Positions 1 through 9,618 of a DNA stretch of 41,790 nt are shown here, piece after piece. Source of the DNA: Candidatus Alistipes merdipullorum (GTDB lineage Bacteria; Bacteroidota; Bacteroidia; Bacteroidales; Rikenellaceae). The stretch lies in NCBI GenBank assembly GCA_019120095.1, contig DWVU01000115.1, forward strand, positions 1 through 41,790. The letters run 5' to 3'. Within the stretch, counting starts at the first letter, position 1. Each line of letters begins with the position of its first letter. Made by a program: the position numbers and the translations under genes. Below the pieces are notes generated by a model. It saw nothing but the letters and a program-made list of their open reading frames with translations. It was not told the DNA's origin and did not search any database.

Positions 1-1858
1 GGAGGTTTACCGTCACCGAGATCGAGTGGTCGACCCACTTCTGTATGGCTCCCTGCATGCGCACCTTGGCCACCCAGTCGATGTCGTTAGCCGTAGCGCC
101 GTAGTATGGCGAGGCCTTGAGCCAGCTGTCGAGCTCCTCGTCCGAGATGGTCTGGAGCTTCGATGTGTCGTATCCGTTTATCTGGAGCCACTTTACAAAC
201 TGGTGGTGGTAGACGTAGTACTCCTCGAACTTCTCGCCCATGTTGTCCACGAAGTCGGCCTTCTTGCCCTTGTCCGAGGGGTTGATCTTGCGGCGGCGCT
301 TGTAGACGGGGCGGAAGACTGGCTCGATGCCGGATGTGGTCTGCGACATGAGCGACGTCGTACCCGTGGGGGCTATTGTGAGCAGGGCGATATTGCGGCG
401 TCCGTGCTCGACCATGCGGGCATAGAGTTCGGGGTCGGCCTCGCGTATGCGGCCGATCATGGGGTTGTCCTTCTCGCGTGCGGCGTCGTAGATGGGGAAT
501 GCTCCGCGCTCCTCGGCCATGGTGACCGATGAGCGGTATGCCTCCAGCGCCAGCGTCTTCTGTATCTTGACGGCGAAGTCTATGGCTTCGTCCGACCCGT
601 ATCTGAGGCCGAGTGCTGCGAGCATGTCGCCCTCGGCGGTGATGCCGAGGCCCGTACGGCGGCCCTTTACGGCCATCTCGCGGATCTTCTTCCACAGCTC
701 GTACTCGACGTGGCGGATGTCGGCCTCCTCGGGGTCGGCCGCAACCTTGTTTATGATGAGCTCGACCTTCTCGAGTTCGAGGTCGATGATGTCGTCCATC
801 ATGCGCATGGCCTTCTCGACGTGCTTCTTGAAGAGGTCGAAGTTGAAGTATGCCTCGGGCGTGAAGGGCTTCTCGACGTAGCTGAGCAGGTTGATGGCCA
901 GCAGGCGGCAGCTGTCATAGGGACAGAGGGGTATCTCGCCGCAGGGGTTTGTCGATACGGTGTTGAATCCGAGGTCGGCGTAACAATCGGGTATGCTCTC
1001 GCGGATGATCGTATCCCAGAAGAGCACGCCGGGCTCGGCCGACTGCCATGCGTTGTGTATGATCTTCTTCCAGAGGCGGCGGGCATCTATGTCGACTTCG
1101 ACCGAGGGGTGGTCCGAGTCGATGGGGAACTGCTGGTGGTAGGGGCGTCCCTCCTTGGCCGCACGCATGAACTCGTCGTCGATCTTTATCGAGACGTTGG
1201 CTCCGGTGACCTTGCCCGATTCGGTCTTGGCGTCGATGAAACGCTCGGCATCGGGGTGCTTGATCGAGAGCGAGAGCATGAGGGCTCCGCGGCGACCGTC
1301 CTGCGCCACCTCGCGCGTAGAGTTCGAATAACGCTCCATGAAGGGCACTATACCCGTCGACGTGAGTGCCGAGTTGAGTACGGGGGTGCCTGTGGGTCGG
1401 AGCTCCGAGAGGTCGTGTCCCACGCCGCCGCGGCGTTTCATGAGCTGTACCTGCTCCTCGTCCATACGGAAGATTCCGCCGTAAGAGTCGGCGTGCTTGC
1501 GGTTTCCGATGACGAAGCAGTTCGACAGAGACGCTATCTGGAGATTGTTTCCGATACCCGTCATGGGGCCTCCCTGCGGGATGATGTAGCGGAAGTGGTC
1601 GAGCAGCGAGAATACCTCCTCCTTGGACATGGGGTTCGGATATTTTTTTTCGATGCGTTCGATTTCGGCGGCGATGCGTTTGTGCATATCGGTCGGGGTC
1701 TTCTCGTAGATGTGACCGAAGGAGTCTTTCAACGCATATTTGCTCACCCATACCGTCGCGGCGAGGTCGTCGCCGTTGAAGTACTCTTTGGAGGCGGCTA
1801 CGGCATCGTTGTAGTTCACCTCGTCGGGTAGTTTAGCGTTATTGTTATTGGTTGCCAT
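1..1858 (-). CDS. nrdJ: Adenosylcobalamin-dependent (class II) ribonucleotide reductase; 3' end runs off the window
   Basis: Not in the ORF track (no stop in window). Manual translation from ATG at 1858: MATNNNNAKLPDEVNYNDAVAASKEYFNGDDLAATVWVSKYALKDSFGHIYEKTP...SLSNCFVIG; catalytic TNPCGEIPLCP (about 920-952) and LLTIAPTGT (about 360-385). Confidence 0.93.
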   Translation of the reverse strand, partial: MATNNNNAKLPDEVNYNDAVAASKEYFNGDDLAATVWVSKYALKDSFGHIYEKTPTDMHKRIAAEIERIEKKYPNPMSKEEVFSLLDHFRYIIPQGGPMTGIGNNLQIASLSNCFVIGNRKHADSYGGIFRMDEEQVQLMKRRGGVGHDLSELRPTGTPVLNSALTSTGIVPFMERYSNSTREVAQDGRRGALMLSLSIKHPDAERFIDAKTESGKVTGANVSIKIDDEFMRAAKEGRPYHQQFPIDSDHPSVEVDIDARRLWKKIIHNAWQSAEPGVLFWDTIIRESIPDCYADLGFNTVSTNPCGEIPLCPYDSCRLLAINLLSYVEKPFTPEAYFNFDLFKKHVEKAMRMMDDIIDLELEKVELIINKVAADPEEADIRHVEYELWKKIREMAVKGRRTGLGITAEGDMLAALGLRYGSDEAIDFAVKIQKTLALEAYRSSVTMAEERGAFPIYDAAREKDNPMIGRIREADPELYARMVEHGRRNIALLTIAPTGTTSLMSQTTSGIEPVFRPVYKRRRKINPSDKGKKADFVDNMGEKFEEYYVYHHQFVKWLQINGYDTSKLQTISDEELDSWLKASPYYGATANDIDWVAKVRMQGAIQKWVDHSISVTVNL

Positions 1859-1963
1859 TTTATATGTATTAGTCAGTTGTCACAAGAAAGCCGCGCTTCG
1901 GGCGCGGACGCTTATGCAAATATCCGAAATTTTGGTGCGATTGCCATTTATTTTGGTGGAATT

Positions 1964-1996
1964 TTTTACACAACTTATCTACATCAGTGTTGATAA
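1964..1996. promoter_or_regulatory. Cluster of three DnaA-box-like 9-mers upstream of nrdJ
   Basis: TTTTACACA (1964-1972, fits TTWTNCACA), TTATCTACA (1975-1983, 1 mismatch), inverted TGTTGATAA (1988-1996, 1 mismatch) in an AT-rich intergenic stretch. Confidence 0.55.
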
Positions 1997-2314
1997 CATA
2001 TTTATACTGCCTTTATATAATTGAATTGCAGCCACTTGCAAAATCACGTGGCGCGTTGCCGCGCAAAACGTGCCGACTGCGGCCCGCCATGCGGATCGGG
2101 TTGCGCGAATGTTGTTGCGATGCAATATTTTTTCGTTTTCCGGGGCGATTTTCTTGTGTGCGGTACCCGTTGCGCGGGCTTCGGTACGAACAAACGGAGG
2201 CCGGCGACACAGGGGGTGTTGTCGCCGGCCGACTTGCCGTGGCGTTAGGGGTCCGCTCGCGGCGACCGTATTATCTCTTATGCGGAAAATGACATGTGCG
2301 GCGCTGCGGACGGG

Positions 2315-3238
2315 TCACTGTGTGACGTTCACGGCGGGCAGGTTGAGGATCTGTGCGCGCGATACGATGAAGGGCATCTGCGTGGTCATTACGGTCGAGG
2401 CCCCCGAGGCGAGGACGAATTGGAATGTGGTGCCCGCCTCGTATGTACCGGCGGGGAGTATGGCATAGAAGTATGCGGGCGTGGACGTGAGTTGCAGGGG
2501 GCTGTTGCTTTTCCATGATATGGAGAACTGGCTCCCGATAAGCGACTCGACAAAGGAGGTGGCGTAACTCTGCGGGTCGATGGAGAAGCGGCCCGAGATT
2601 TCGGCCTGCTGGTCGGAGGTGTCGATATATATGGCCTCGATCTGCGTGGTCCCCGTCACCGGCAGACATATCATCCCGAATGGACATACGAAACTTATCG
2701 AGCCGTCGGCGCCGCCCGTGCCGATCATGGGGAAGGCGTCGACATCGTCCAGCCCGAGGAATATCTCGCGCGGAGGCTCGATGAGCAGCTCGCTGTTCTG
2801 TGCCGAGATGGTGACATACTCGCCCGGATATCCGGCGAAGAGCGATGTGAAGTCTGTGGGCGGGTCGGCCGATATGGTGACGCCGGTGTCGCTCGTGTCG
2901 TATATCTGCGTATAGGTGAAGTCGGCGTGCTGCGTCCCCGCCCCCGAACTCAGTACATAGACGCGGCGGCCGCCGTTGACATCGGTGTTGAAGTGTATGC
3001 TGATAAGGTCGTTGGCACTCCATAATATGGGGTGTGGCTGCACCGCGGGGTCGATCGATGTGCGTGTGGCGGCTGCGGGACCGAATATGCGGGCTGCCGC
3101 CTGCTGCGTGCTCGGCTGTTCGATGACGGCATGCAGGACGGGGGCCGGTGTGGGGGCTGCAGTGCGGGGTGTGCTGCACGCGGCCGCCACCATTGCGGCC
3201 GCAGCAACATATAGGTATGTAAATCGTGGAGACATCAT
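2315..3238 (-). CDS. Fimbrillin / type V pilin-like lipoprotein
   Basis: Signal peptide with lipobox AAAC, short propeptide ending in ATR|TSI, then the W-x-x-x-D-x-I-x-I motif (WSANDLISI), YPG and FYAILPAG motifs typical of Bacteroidota fimbrillins. Confidence 0.7.
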   Translation of the reverse strand: MMSPRFTYLYVAAAAMVAAACSTPRTAAPTPAPVLHAVIEQPSTQQAAARIFGPAAATRTSIDPAVQPHPILWSANDLISIHFNTDVNGGRRVYVLSSGAGTQHADFTYTQIYDTSDTGVTISADPPTDFTSLFAGYPGEYVTISAQNSELLIEPPREIFLGLDDVDAFPMIGTGGADGSISFVCPFGMICLPVTGTTQIEAIYIDTSDQQAEISGRFSIDPQSYATSFVESLIGSQFSISWKSNSPLQLTSTPAYFYAILPAGTYEAGTTFQFVLASGASTVMTTQMPFIVSRAQILNLPAVNVTQ

Positions 3239-3262
3239 TTTGCAGTTTTTATAGAGCTTGCG

Positions 3263-3415
3263 CTATTGCCAGAATTGTGAAGAGTCGGCTCCGAAGTCAC
3301 TCTCGCCCACATCCTCCGTCGAGGATGATGTCACGGCGAAGCCGCGCTCGACGACCGTACGGAAGATGCCGAGCTCGGGTTTGATGTATTTGCGATGTTC
3401 CCGGGTATGTTTCAT
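3263..3415 (-). CDS. 50-aa small peptide with YxxP...ExGFA motif and acidic tail
   Basis: MKHTREHRKYIKPELGIFRTVVERGFAVTSSSTEDVGESDFGADSSQFWQ; ATG at 3415 after an A-rich leader; ends 24 nt before the pilin-like gene. Confidence 0.65.
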   Translation of the reverse strand: MKHTREHRKYIKPELGIFRTVVERGFAVTSSSTEDVGESDFGADSSQFWQ

Positions 3416-3470
3416 GGCATTCGGTTTTTGGTGTGTTGAGAGCCAAAACCGTGCCAAGGCGTGGAAAACA

Positions 3471-3509
3471 ATGACGGAGAGGCTGTCGAAAATCGAGCCT
3501 CTCCGTCAT
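3471..3509 (-). terminator. Intrinsic terminator after ridA
   Basis: 14-bp perfect stem ATGACGGAGAGGCT/AGCCTCTCCGTCAT followed on the minus strand by TGTTTT. Confidence 0.75.
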
Positions 3510-3531
3510 ATCTGGTAAAGTCTGTTCGGCA

Positions 3532-3906
3532 TCAGTGCGCCAGCGTAAGGTCGATCTCGACCTTTGCGCCCATTGGCAGCTTGGCCACCTCGTAGCATAC
3601 GCGTGCGGGCATCTGCTGGGGGAAGAACTGTGCATAGACTCCGTTCATGGCGCCGAAATCCCCCATGTCGTCGAGCAGGACGGTAGCCTTGACGGCATCG
3701 TCGAGCGTATATCCGGCCTCGGCGGCTATGTGTGCGAGGTTCGTAAGCGCCTGACGCGTCTGCTCCTCGATTGTGTCGGGCATCTTTCCCGTAGAGGCGT
3801 CTATGGGCAGCTGCCCCGAGATGTAGAGTGTGCCGTTGGCCTCGACGGCCTGCGAATATGGCCCTACGGCCTTGGGGGCGTGGGGCGAAGCGATGATCTT
3901 TTTCAT
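3532..3906 (-). CDS. ridA: RidA/YjgF/UK114 family enamine/imine deaminase
   Basis: MKKIIASPHAPKAVGPYSQAV...ISGQLP...PARVCYEVAKLP...VEID; start trimmed to ATG 3906; TATCTTTG -7 element at 3981-3988. Confidence 0.93.
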   Translation of the reverse strand: MKKIIASPHAPKAVGPYSQAVEANGTLYISGQLPIDASTGKMPDTIEEQTRQALTNLAHIAAEAGYTLDDAVKATVLLDDMGDFGAMNGVYAQFFPQQMPARVCYEVAKLPMGAKVEIDLTLAH

Positions 3907-4018
3907 GTTATCGTGTCTTTTGTAACTTGTTGTCGATGTTGTGCTGCGCATGGCGCTCGCATGGCGCCTGCCGCATGGAACAAAGATACGAAAAAATCCT
4001 GTTCGGTGTTTTGGTGTG

Positions 4019-6706
4019 TCAGGCTACGGCCTCGCGTCGCGGGAATATCAGTCGCCGCAGCTCGCCCACCCACAGTACGGCCGACGTGGCGGCGATGACG
4101 ATACCCCAATCGGCCGCTTTGAGGGGTACGACGCTGAACATCGTGCCGCCGAATGTGACGATCAGGTACTGCCCGACGAGTATGAGCAGGGCGATGAAGA
4201 CGAAACCGTCGCAGTGTGCCATGTGGAATGCCGAGCGTCCGGTGCCGAAGGCGCGGGCGTTGAAGAGGTTCCAGAACTGCAGCATCACGAAGAGCGTGAA
4301 GAAGAGGCTCAGCTCGTAGGGCGATATGTGTCCCGGTGACGAGAAGTCCAGATGCCACGGTTGCAGCAGCGACTCAACGTCGGCATGGCGGAAGAGGTAC
4401 AGCAACGCCATCATGAGCAGGAAGAAGAGTCCTCCGGTCGAGATGATGCGGCGCTTCATGTGCGATGTTATGATGAAGGCGCTGCGGTCGCGCGGCTTGG
4501 CGTTCATCACCTGCGGCGAAGGCGGTAGCGACGCCAGAGCCATGGCGGCGAAGGTGTCGAGGATGAGGTTCACCCAGAGCATCTGCGTCACGGTGAGGGG
4601 CGATTCGGTGCCGGTGAAGGCGCCGAAGAGCACCGTAAGGCAGGCGGCGACGTTGACCGTGAGCTGGAAGAGTATGAAACGCTGTATGTTGAGGTATAGC
4701 GAGCGGCCCCACATGACGGCGCGGGCGATGCTGCCGAATGAGTTGTCGATGATTGTTATGTCGCTGGCCTCCTTGGCTACGGATGTGCCGTCGCCCATCG
4801 ACAGACCGACATTTGCGGCCTTGAGTGCGGGGGCGTCGTTTGTGCCGTCGCCGGTGACGGCGACGACCTGATTGTGTGCCTGCAGGGCCTCGACCAGACG
4901 CTTCTTGTCCATTGGCCGTGCGCGGGCTATGATCTTGAGGTCCATGACGCGGTCGGCCAGCTGCCGCTCGTCGAGGGCCTCGAATTCGGGCCCTGTGATT
5001 ATGTTGCGGTCGGTGTCGGTGTTGTCGCTCCAGAGACCTATGCGGCGGCCTATCTCGCGGGCCGTAGCCGTGGTGTCACCCGTGACGATCTTAACCTCGA
5101 TGCCGGCGTTGCGGCACTCGGTGACGGCAGCGGGCACCTCCTCGCGCACGGGATCCGATATGGCGGCTATGCCGAGCATTGCGAGGCGGCCGCTTATGCC
5201 TTCGGGGGTTATTCCCTGCTCGCCGTCGGCCAGCGGGCGGAATGCGAATGCGAGCGTACGCATGGCCTGATTCTGATACTCGGCCAGCGTGGTGCGTATG
5301 CCTTCGCGCTGCTGCTGCGGCATGTCGCACATCGTAAGCAGTATCTCGGGCGCACCCTTCACATAGAGGATTCGCCGGCCGGCCTCGGCCGCTGATACCA
5401 CTGCCGTAGCCATATATTTGCGCTCGGTCGAGAATGGCAGCTCGGCCACCCGTCCGGCGCGGCGCTTGAGTTCGAGGTAGTCGCAGCCGTTGTCGTGCAG
5501 CCACAGCAGCAGCGCCCCCTCCGTCGGGTTGCCTATGGGTTGGGGGTCATCCTTGCGCGAGAGGTCGAGCGAGGCGGTCGAATTGACGGCCATGCCCTCG
5601 CGCACGAGGGCGTCGCACTGCTGTTGCGTGAATCCCTCGACGGGGTAGAATTGCATCGACGCCACGCGCATGCGGTTCTGCGTAAGAGTGCCCGTCTTGT
5701 CGGTGCATATTACGGTCGTTGCGCCCATCGTCTCGCATGCGTGGAGTTTGCGCACGAGGTTGTTGGTCTTGAGCATGCGTCGCATGCTGTATGCGAGACT
5801 GAGGGTGACGGCCATGGGCAGACCCTCGGGTACCGACACCACGAGCAGCGTCACGGCCAGCATCACCGTCTGCAGCAGGTAGGTGATGAACGAGATCCAC
5901 TCGAAGGGTTCGTTTGAGAAGTATATTCCCAGACGCCCCACCACGACGAGCGCCGCCACGGCATATCCCAATTTGGTTATGAGCGAGCCGAGACGTTCGA
6001 GCTGTTCGTCAAGCGGGGTCTTGATGCTGTTGTCGATCTGCGCGGCCTGAAAGACCTTTCCGTTTTCGGTTCTGTCGCCCACGGCCTCGGCACGGAAGAC
6101 TCCGTGACCCTCCATAACCTTGGTGCCGCGCATGACGCGGTTCGAGGGGAATGTGGCCTCGGGGTCGAAGTCGCGGCTGTCGGTGGTCTTGGCGCAGGCG
6201 GGCTCGCCCGTGAGCGACGACTCGTCCACCATAAGTGCTACGGCGTCGATCAGGGTGCCGTCGGCGGGGATCTCGTCGCCCGTGCCTATCATCACCACGT
6301 CGCCCGCCACCACGTCGCGTTTGGGTATCTGCTGCGACTGCCCGTTGCGGATGACGCGTACGGGTTCGTCGTCGTTGACCTTGTTCAGGATGTCGAACTC
6401 ACGGTCGGCCTTGGTCTCGAAGATGAATGCCAGCCCCGTTGCCAGCACTACGGCCAGAAGTATCCCGACGGGTTCGAGAAAGGCCGTGGCGTCGTGCCCG
6501 AGTCCGAAATATTCATAGAATGCGATGCCTATCGACAGTGCGGCCGCTACAAGCAGTATGATGATGAGCGGGTCGGTGAGCTTGGCGAGGAACTTGCGCC
6601 AGAGGGGCTCCTTTGCCGGCGGTGTGAGGACGTTGTCGCCATGCAGGCGTCGGCTCTCGACGACTTCGGCGTCGGTGAGACCGGTGAGAGGTTGCGGGTT
6701 TGTCAT
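4019..6706 (-). CDS. Calcium-translocating P-type ATPase (PMCA-like)
   Basis: TGE, PEGL, DKTGTLT, KGAPE, GDGTNDAP and QMLWVNLILDT motifs; 895 aa; TATTTTTG -7 element at 6762-6769. Confidence 0.93.
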   Translation of the reverse strand: MTNPQPLTGLTDAEVVESRRLHGDNVLTPPAKEPLWRKFLAKLTDPLIIILLVAAALSIGIAFYEYFGLGHDATAFLEPVGILLAVVLATGLAFIFETKADREFDILNKVNDDEPVRVIRNGQSQQIPKRDVVAGDVVMIGTGDEIPADGTLIDAVALMVDESSLTGEPACAKTTDSRDFDPEATFPSNRVMRGTKVMEGHGVFRAEAVGDRTENGKVFQAAQIDNSIKTPLDEQLERLGSLITKLGYAVAALVVVGRLGIYFSNEPFEWISFITYLLQTVMLAVTLLVVSVPEGLPMAVTLSLAYSMRRMLKTNNLVRKLHACETMGATTVICTDKTGTLTQNRMRVASMQFYPVEGFTQQQCDALVREGMAVNSTASLDLSRKDDPQPIGNPTEGALLLWLHDNGCDYLELKRRAGRVAELPFSTERKYMATAVVSAAEAGRRILYVKGAPEILLTMCDMPQQQREGIRTTLAEYQNQAMRTLAFAFRPLADGEQGITPEGISGRLAMLGIAAISDPVREEVPAAVTECRNAGIEVKIVTGDTTATAREIGRRIGLWSDNTDTDRNIITGPEFEALDERQLADRVMDLKIIARARPMDKKRLVEALQAHNQVVAVTGDGTNDAPALKAANVGLSMGDGTSVAKEASDITIIDNSFGSIARAVMWGRSLYLNIQRFILFQLTVNVAACLTVLFGAFTGTESPLTVTQMLWVNLILDTFAAMALASLPPSPQVMNAKPRDRSAFIITSHMKRRIISTGGLFFLLMMALLYLFRHADVESLLQPWHLDFSSPGHISPYELSLFFTLFVMLQFWNLFNARAFGTGRSAFHMAHCDGFVFIALLILVGQYLIVTFGGTMFSVVPLKAADWGIVIAATSAVLWVGELRRLIFPRREAVA

Positions 6707-6927
6707 GTGAAGGTATGGAATTTTTATTCTGCAGTGCGGCCTTGCCGCACCCTCTAAGCTACAAAAATACGATTAAAAACACAATCTGCAAATTTTCACC
6801 CTGTGATGCCGCGCGTCCGGCCGTATGTGACGGACTGATGATGAAACGGCGGCGCGGGGTGATGGCTGAGCCGGCTGCGGTCAAAAACATAGACCCTTTA
6901 TGGCAGCCGGGATGCGTAAACGCAAAA

Positions 6928-6958
6928 CGCGGGCGGCACGTTCCGTGTGCCGTCCGCG
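6928..6958 (-). terminator. Intrinsic terminator after the PepSY-like gene
   Basis: CGCGGGCGGCAC...GTGCCGTCCGCG stem followed on the minus strand by TTTTGCGTTT. Confidence 0.65.
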
Positions 6959-6974
6959 CTGCGGGGAGTGACGA

Positions 6975-7418
6975 TCAGTCGAAGTCTATGTCGATGATGT
7001 TGTACTTGAGGTCGAACGTCAGCTCGACGCGGTTGTTGAGCTTGAGTTCGATGTCGCGCTTGTCGCGGTCGATCTCGATGACCTTGGCACCTTCATGGTT
7101 CTGGTCGATGTATTTGAGGATCTGGGCGGGAACGATGCCGTCGGGTACGGCTGAGAATTTGCAGTTGACCTCCTTCCACTCGCCGTTGCGCGAGAACTCG
7201 ACCTTGGCGCCGTCGACGAAGATCACCTCATAGGTCTTGTCCAGAAAATCGGTCTCCTCCTTTGCCAGAGCTATCTTCTGCGTGGGGAAATATTTGCTCA
7301 GGAACTCCTGTGCCGCCTTGGGCAGCTGCTCCTTGGTGATGGCACGGTCGTCGTCTGCGTATGCGGCCGAGATGCCCGTCGTGATGATTGCGATTGCGAG
7401 AATGATGTACTTTTTCAT
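6975..7418 (-). CDS. Secreted PepSY-like (BLIP-like) domain protein
   Basis: Signal peptide MKKYIILAIAIITTGISAAYA; two repeats of LP...FL..YFP...YEV.F.DG..VEF...GEW type; start trimmed to ATG 7418. Confidence 0.88.
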   Translation of the reverse strand: MKKYIILAIAIITTGISAAYADDDRAITKEQLPKAAQEFLSKYFPTQKIALAKEETDFLDKTYEVIFVDGAKVEFSRNGEWKEVNCKFSAVPDGIVPAQILKYIDQNHEGAKVIEIDRDKRDIELKLNNRVELTFDLKYNIIDIDFD

Positions 7419-7464
7419 AGTGTTCGTGTTTTTGCTTGTTTGACTTTGTTCATGTTTCGTATGA

Positions 7465-7499
7465 CAAATGTCAGGTACGATTCTGAAATGAATTTGAAT
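7465..7499 (-). promoter_or_regulatory. Putative response-regulator box plus weak -7 element for the PepSY-like gene
   Basis: Minus strand ATTCAAATTCATTTCAGAAT-N7-GACATTTG; 15/20 identical to the box upstream of the response regulator, with the same spacing. Confidence 0.6.
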
Positions 7500-7631
7500 T
7501 TTCGTGCCGCACAGCAAAAAAATCGAAAAATTTTTCCGCTGCCGCCGTTTTTTTTGTCCCCGCGCGGGAAGATACCTTATAATATCGGGAAGATATTTTA
7601 TTCCGGAGATGTTTTATTCCGGGCGTATCAC

Positions 7632-8912
7632 CTAACGGGGCCATGCGACCTCGAATATGTGGCGGCCGCCGTCGAAGCGGTAGGTAAGGCGCAATCCGTA
7701 GTATCGAGCCACGGCACCGGCAAGGGCGAGTCCGAGACCCGTCGAACCCTCACGCTTGGTACCCTGATAGAAGCGGTCGAAGATGCGGTCGGCATCGAGC
7801 GGCGCCTCGCCGTCATTGGCCACGCGCAGCACCCTTGACGATGGGTCTGCCGTGATATCTATGGCGCACCCCTCGGCCGAGTGTACGAAGGCATTCTTGA
7901 CGAGGTTGTTTACTATGGTCGAGGCGAGCGACTCGTTCATCGTCACCGTGAGAGGTTGCGCGGCCGTTAGGGTGACGCGCTGGCGGCGCGAGGCATAGAT
8001 ATCCTCGCACACTTCGGCCTGCTCGCGCACGAGGGCCGCGATGTCGACCTCGACGCTCTCGGGGAATTGTCCGTTGTCGATCTTTGTGAGCAGCAGCAGC
8101 GTGCGGTTCAACCGCGACATGTGTGCTACGGTGCGCTGTATCTTTAGCAGTTCGAGAGCCTGCTGCTCGCTTATCGGGGTGTTGTCGATGAGCCACTCGA
8201 TGCGCGATGCGACCACCGCCAATGGTGTCTGCAACTCGTGCGAGGCGTTGCCTATGAACTGCTTCTGGCGTTCGAACAACTCCTCCGAACGATCCACGGC
8301 GCGTTGAGCCGCGGCATTGAGCCGATGGAACTCGCTTACAGAGGTGTTGTCGGGGACGGGCTCGGTGCGACGGCCCGGAGTGTAGCGGTCGAGCCAGTGC
8401 AGCAGCTCGTAGAGGGGGCGCATGCTGCGGTGAAAGACCCATACGGTAAGTCCTATCGTCGTGAGCAGCAGTAATATATATAATATTACGACCCAATAGG
8501 CTATGGCCACCAGCAGGTCGTCCTTCTCGAATGTGGGTGTGGCCACCTTCAGCTCGTAGAAGAGGCCGTCGCGGTCGGTGAATATCGTGACCAGCACGCG
8601 TGCCGGTTCGGTCTCGTCCTTCTCGGGAATGAAGATATCGGCATCGTAATAGTCTATGTGGGGATGTGTGTCGGCGTATGCGGCATCGACGGGGGTTATC
8701 GAGTAGCTGTTGTTCGAGCCGCTGTTGAGCGACGGCAGCTCACGTCCGGCCAGCATGCGCGAGATGATGAGCGTCGAGTAGTCCTCCAGCGCATCGTCCG
8801 CCTCGTCGTTTATCTCGCCGACCATCGTATAGTAGAACAGCGCCGCCCACAGCGCCATGAGAGGCAGCAGTACGAGCGACAGACGCAGAGCTATGCGGTA
8901 GATGAGTTTCAT
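7632..8912 (-). CDS. Sensor histidine kinase (two TM segments, HisKA, HATPase)
   Basis: H-box FIGNASHELQTPL, N-box NNLVKNAFVH, F/G2 boxes IFDRFYQG...GLGLA. Confidence 0.95.
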   Translation of the reverse strand: MKLIYRIALRLSLVLLPLMALWAALFYYTMVGEINDEADDALEDYSTLIISRMLAGRELPSLNSGSNNSYSITPVDAAYADTHPHIDYYDADIFIPEKDETEPARVLVTIFTDRDGLFYELKVATPTFEKDDLLVAIAYWVVILYILLLLTTIGLTVWVFHRSMRPLYELLHWLDRYTPGRRTEPVPDNTSVSEFHRLNAAAQRAVDRSEELFERQKQFIGNASHELQTPLAVVASRIEWLIDNTPISEQQALELLKIQRTVAHMSRLNRTLLLLTKIDNGQFPESVEVDIAALVREQAEVCEDIYASRRQRVTLTAAQPLTVTMNESLASTIVNNLVKNAFVHSAEGCAIDITADPSSRVLRVANDGEAPLDADRIFDRFYQGTKREGSTGLGLALAGAVARYYGLRLTYRFDGGRHIFEVAWPR

Positions 8913-8930
8913 GTCGGCGGCGTTGGCGTG

Positions 8931-9614
8931 TTATTGTTGCGGCGGCACGAGCTTGTACCCGAATCCGTAGACCGATTTTATCTCGGCCGTGGCTCCGGCC
9001 TCGGCCATCTTGCGGCGCAGGTTCTTCATCTGCGCATAGACGAACTGGAAGTTGTCGGCATCGTCGGCATGGTCACCCCATACGGCCTCGGCCAGCACGG
9101 TCTTGTCGACCAGATGGTTCGGGCGCTGCATGAGGTATAACAGTATGTCGAACTCCTTCTTGAGCAGAGGCACTTCGCGGCCGTCGACCGTCACGCGGGC
9201 CTTGTCCACGTCGAGCGAGACGTTCCCTACGGTGAGCGTCAGGTCGCCGCCGCTGCGGCCGCGGCGCAGGACGCTGCGTATGCGGGCGAGCAGCTCGGCC
9301 GTATGGAATGGCTTGGGCAGGTAGTCGTCGGCGCCGAGTTCGAGACCCTCGACCTTGTCGTCCAGAGAGTCGCGTGCCGAGATTATGATGACGTTGTCGC
9401 GGCGCCGCAGATGCTTTATGTGCTCGAGCAGCCGCAAGCCGCTCCCGTCTGGAAGCATTATGTCGAGCAGGATGCAGTCGTAGGAGTATGCCGCAATGCG
9501 GGCATCGGCCTCGGCGTATGTCGCGGCCGTCTCGACGATGTATCGCTCCTGCTCGAGCGCGCGCTGCATCACCTCCCGCAGCGACGGCTCATCCTCTATG
9601 ATCAGAATCTTCAT
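8931..9614 (-). CDS. OmpR/PhoB-family response regulator
   Basis: MKILIIEDE, LLDIMLPDGSG, GADDYLPKPF, winged-helix end IKSVYGFGYKL. Confidence 0.95.
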   Translation of the reverse strand: MKILIIEDEPSLREVMQRALEQERYIVETAATYAEADARIAAYSYDCILLDIMLPDGSGLRLLEHIKHLRRRDNVIIISARDSLDDKVEGLELGADDYLPKPFHTAELLARIRSVLRRGRSGGDLTLTVGNVSLDVDKARVTVDGREVPLLKKEFDILLYLMQRPNHLVDKTVLAEAVWGDHADDADNFQFVYAQMKNLRRKMAEAGATAEIKSVYGFGYKLVPPQQ

Positions 9615-9618
9615 ACCA

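Noticed and set aside
1643-1650. T8 homopolymer in nrdJ as a possible frameshift
   Set aside because: Reads GAA AAA AAA TAT (E-K-K-Y) in frame; the gene is missing from the ORF track only because its stop lies outside the window.
1859-2314. Cobalamin riboswitch or small ORFs upstream of nrdJ
   Set aside because: No B12-box or core aptamer motifs recognised; only a short CCGCGC/GCGCGG hairpin near 1891-1907; the ORFs have no protein-like features.
7565-7623. Degenerate repeats (CGGGAAGATA x2, TTTTATTCCGG x2) downstream of the histidine kinase
   Set aside because: Short and irregularly spaced, with no supportable function.
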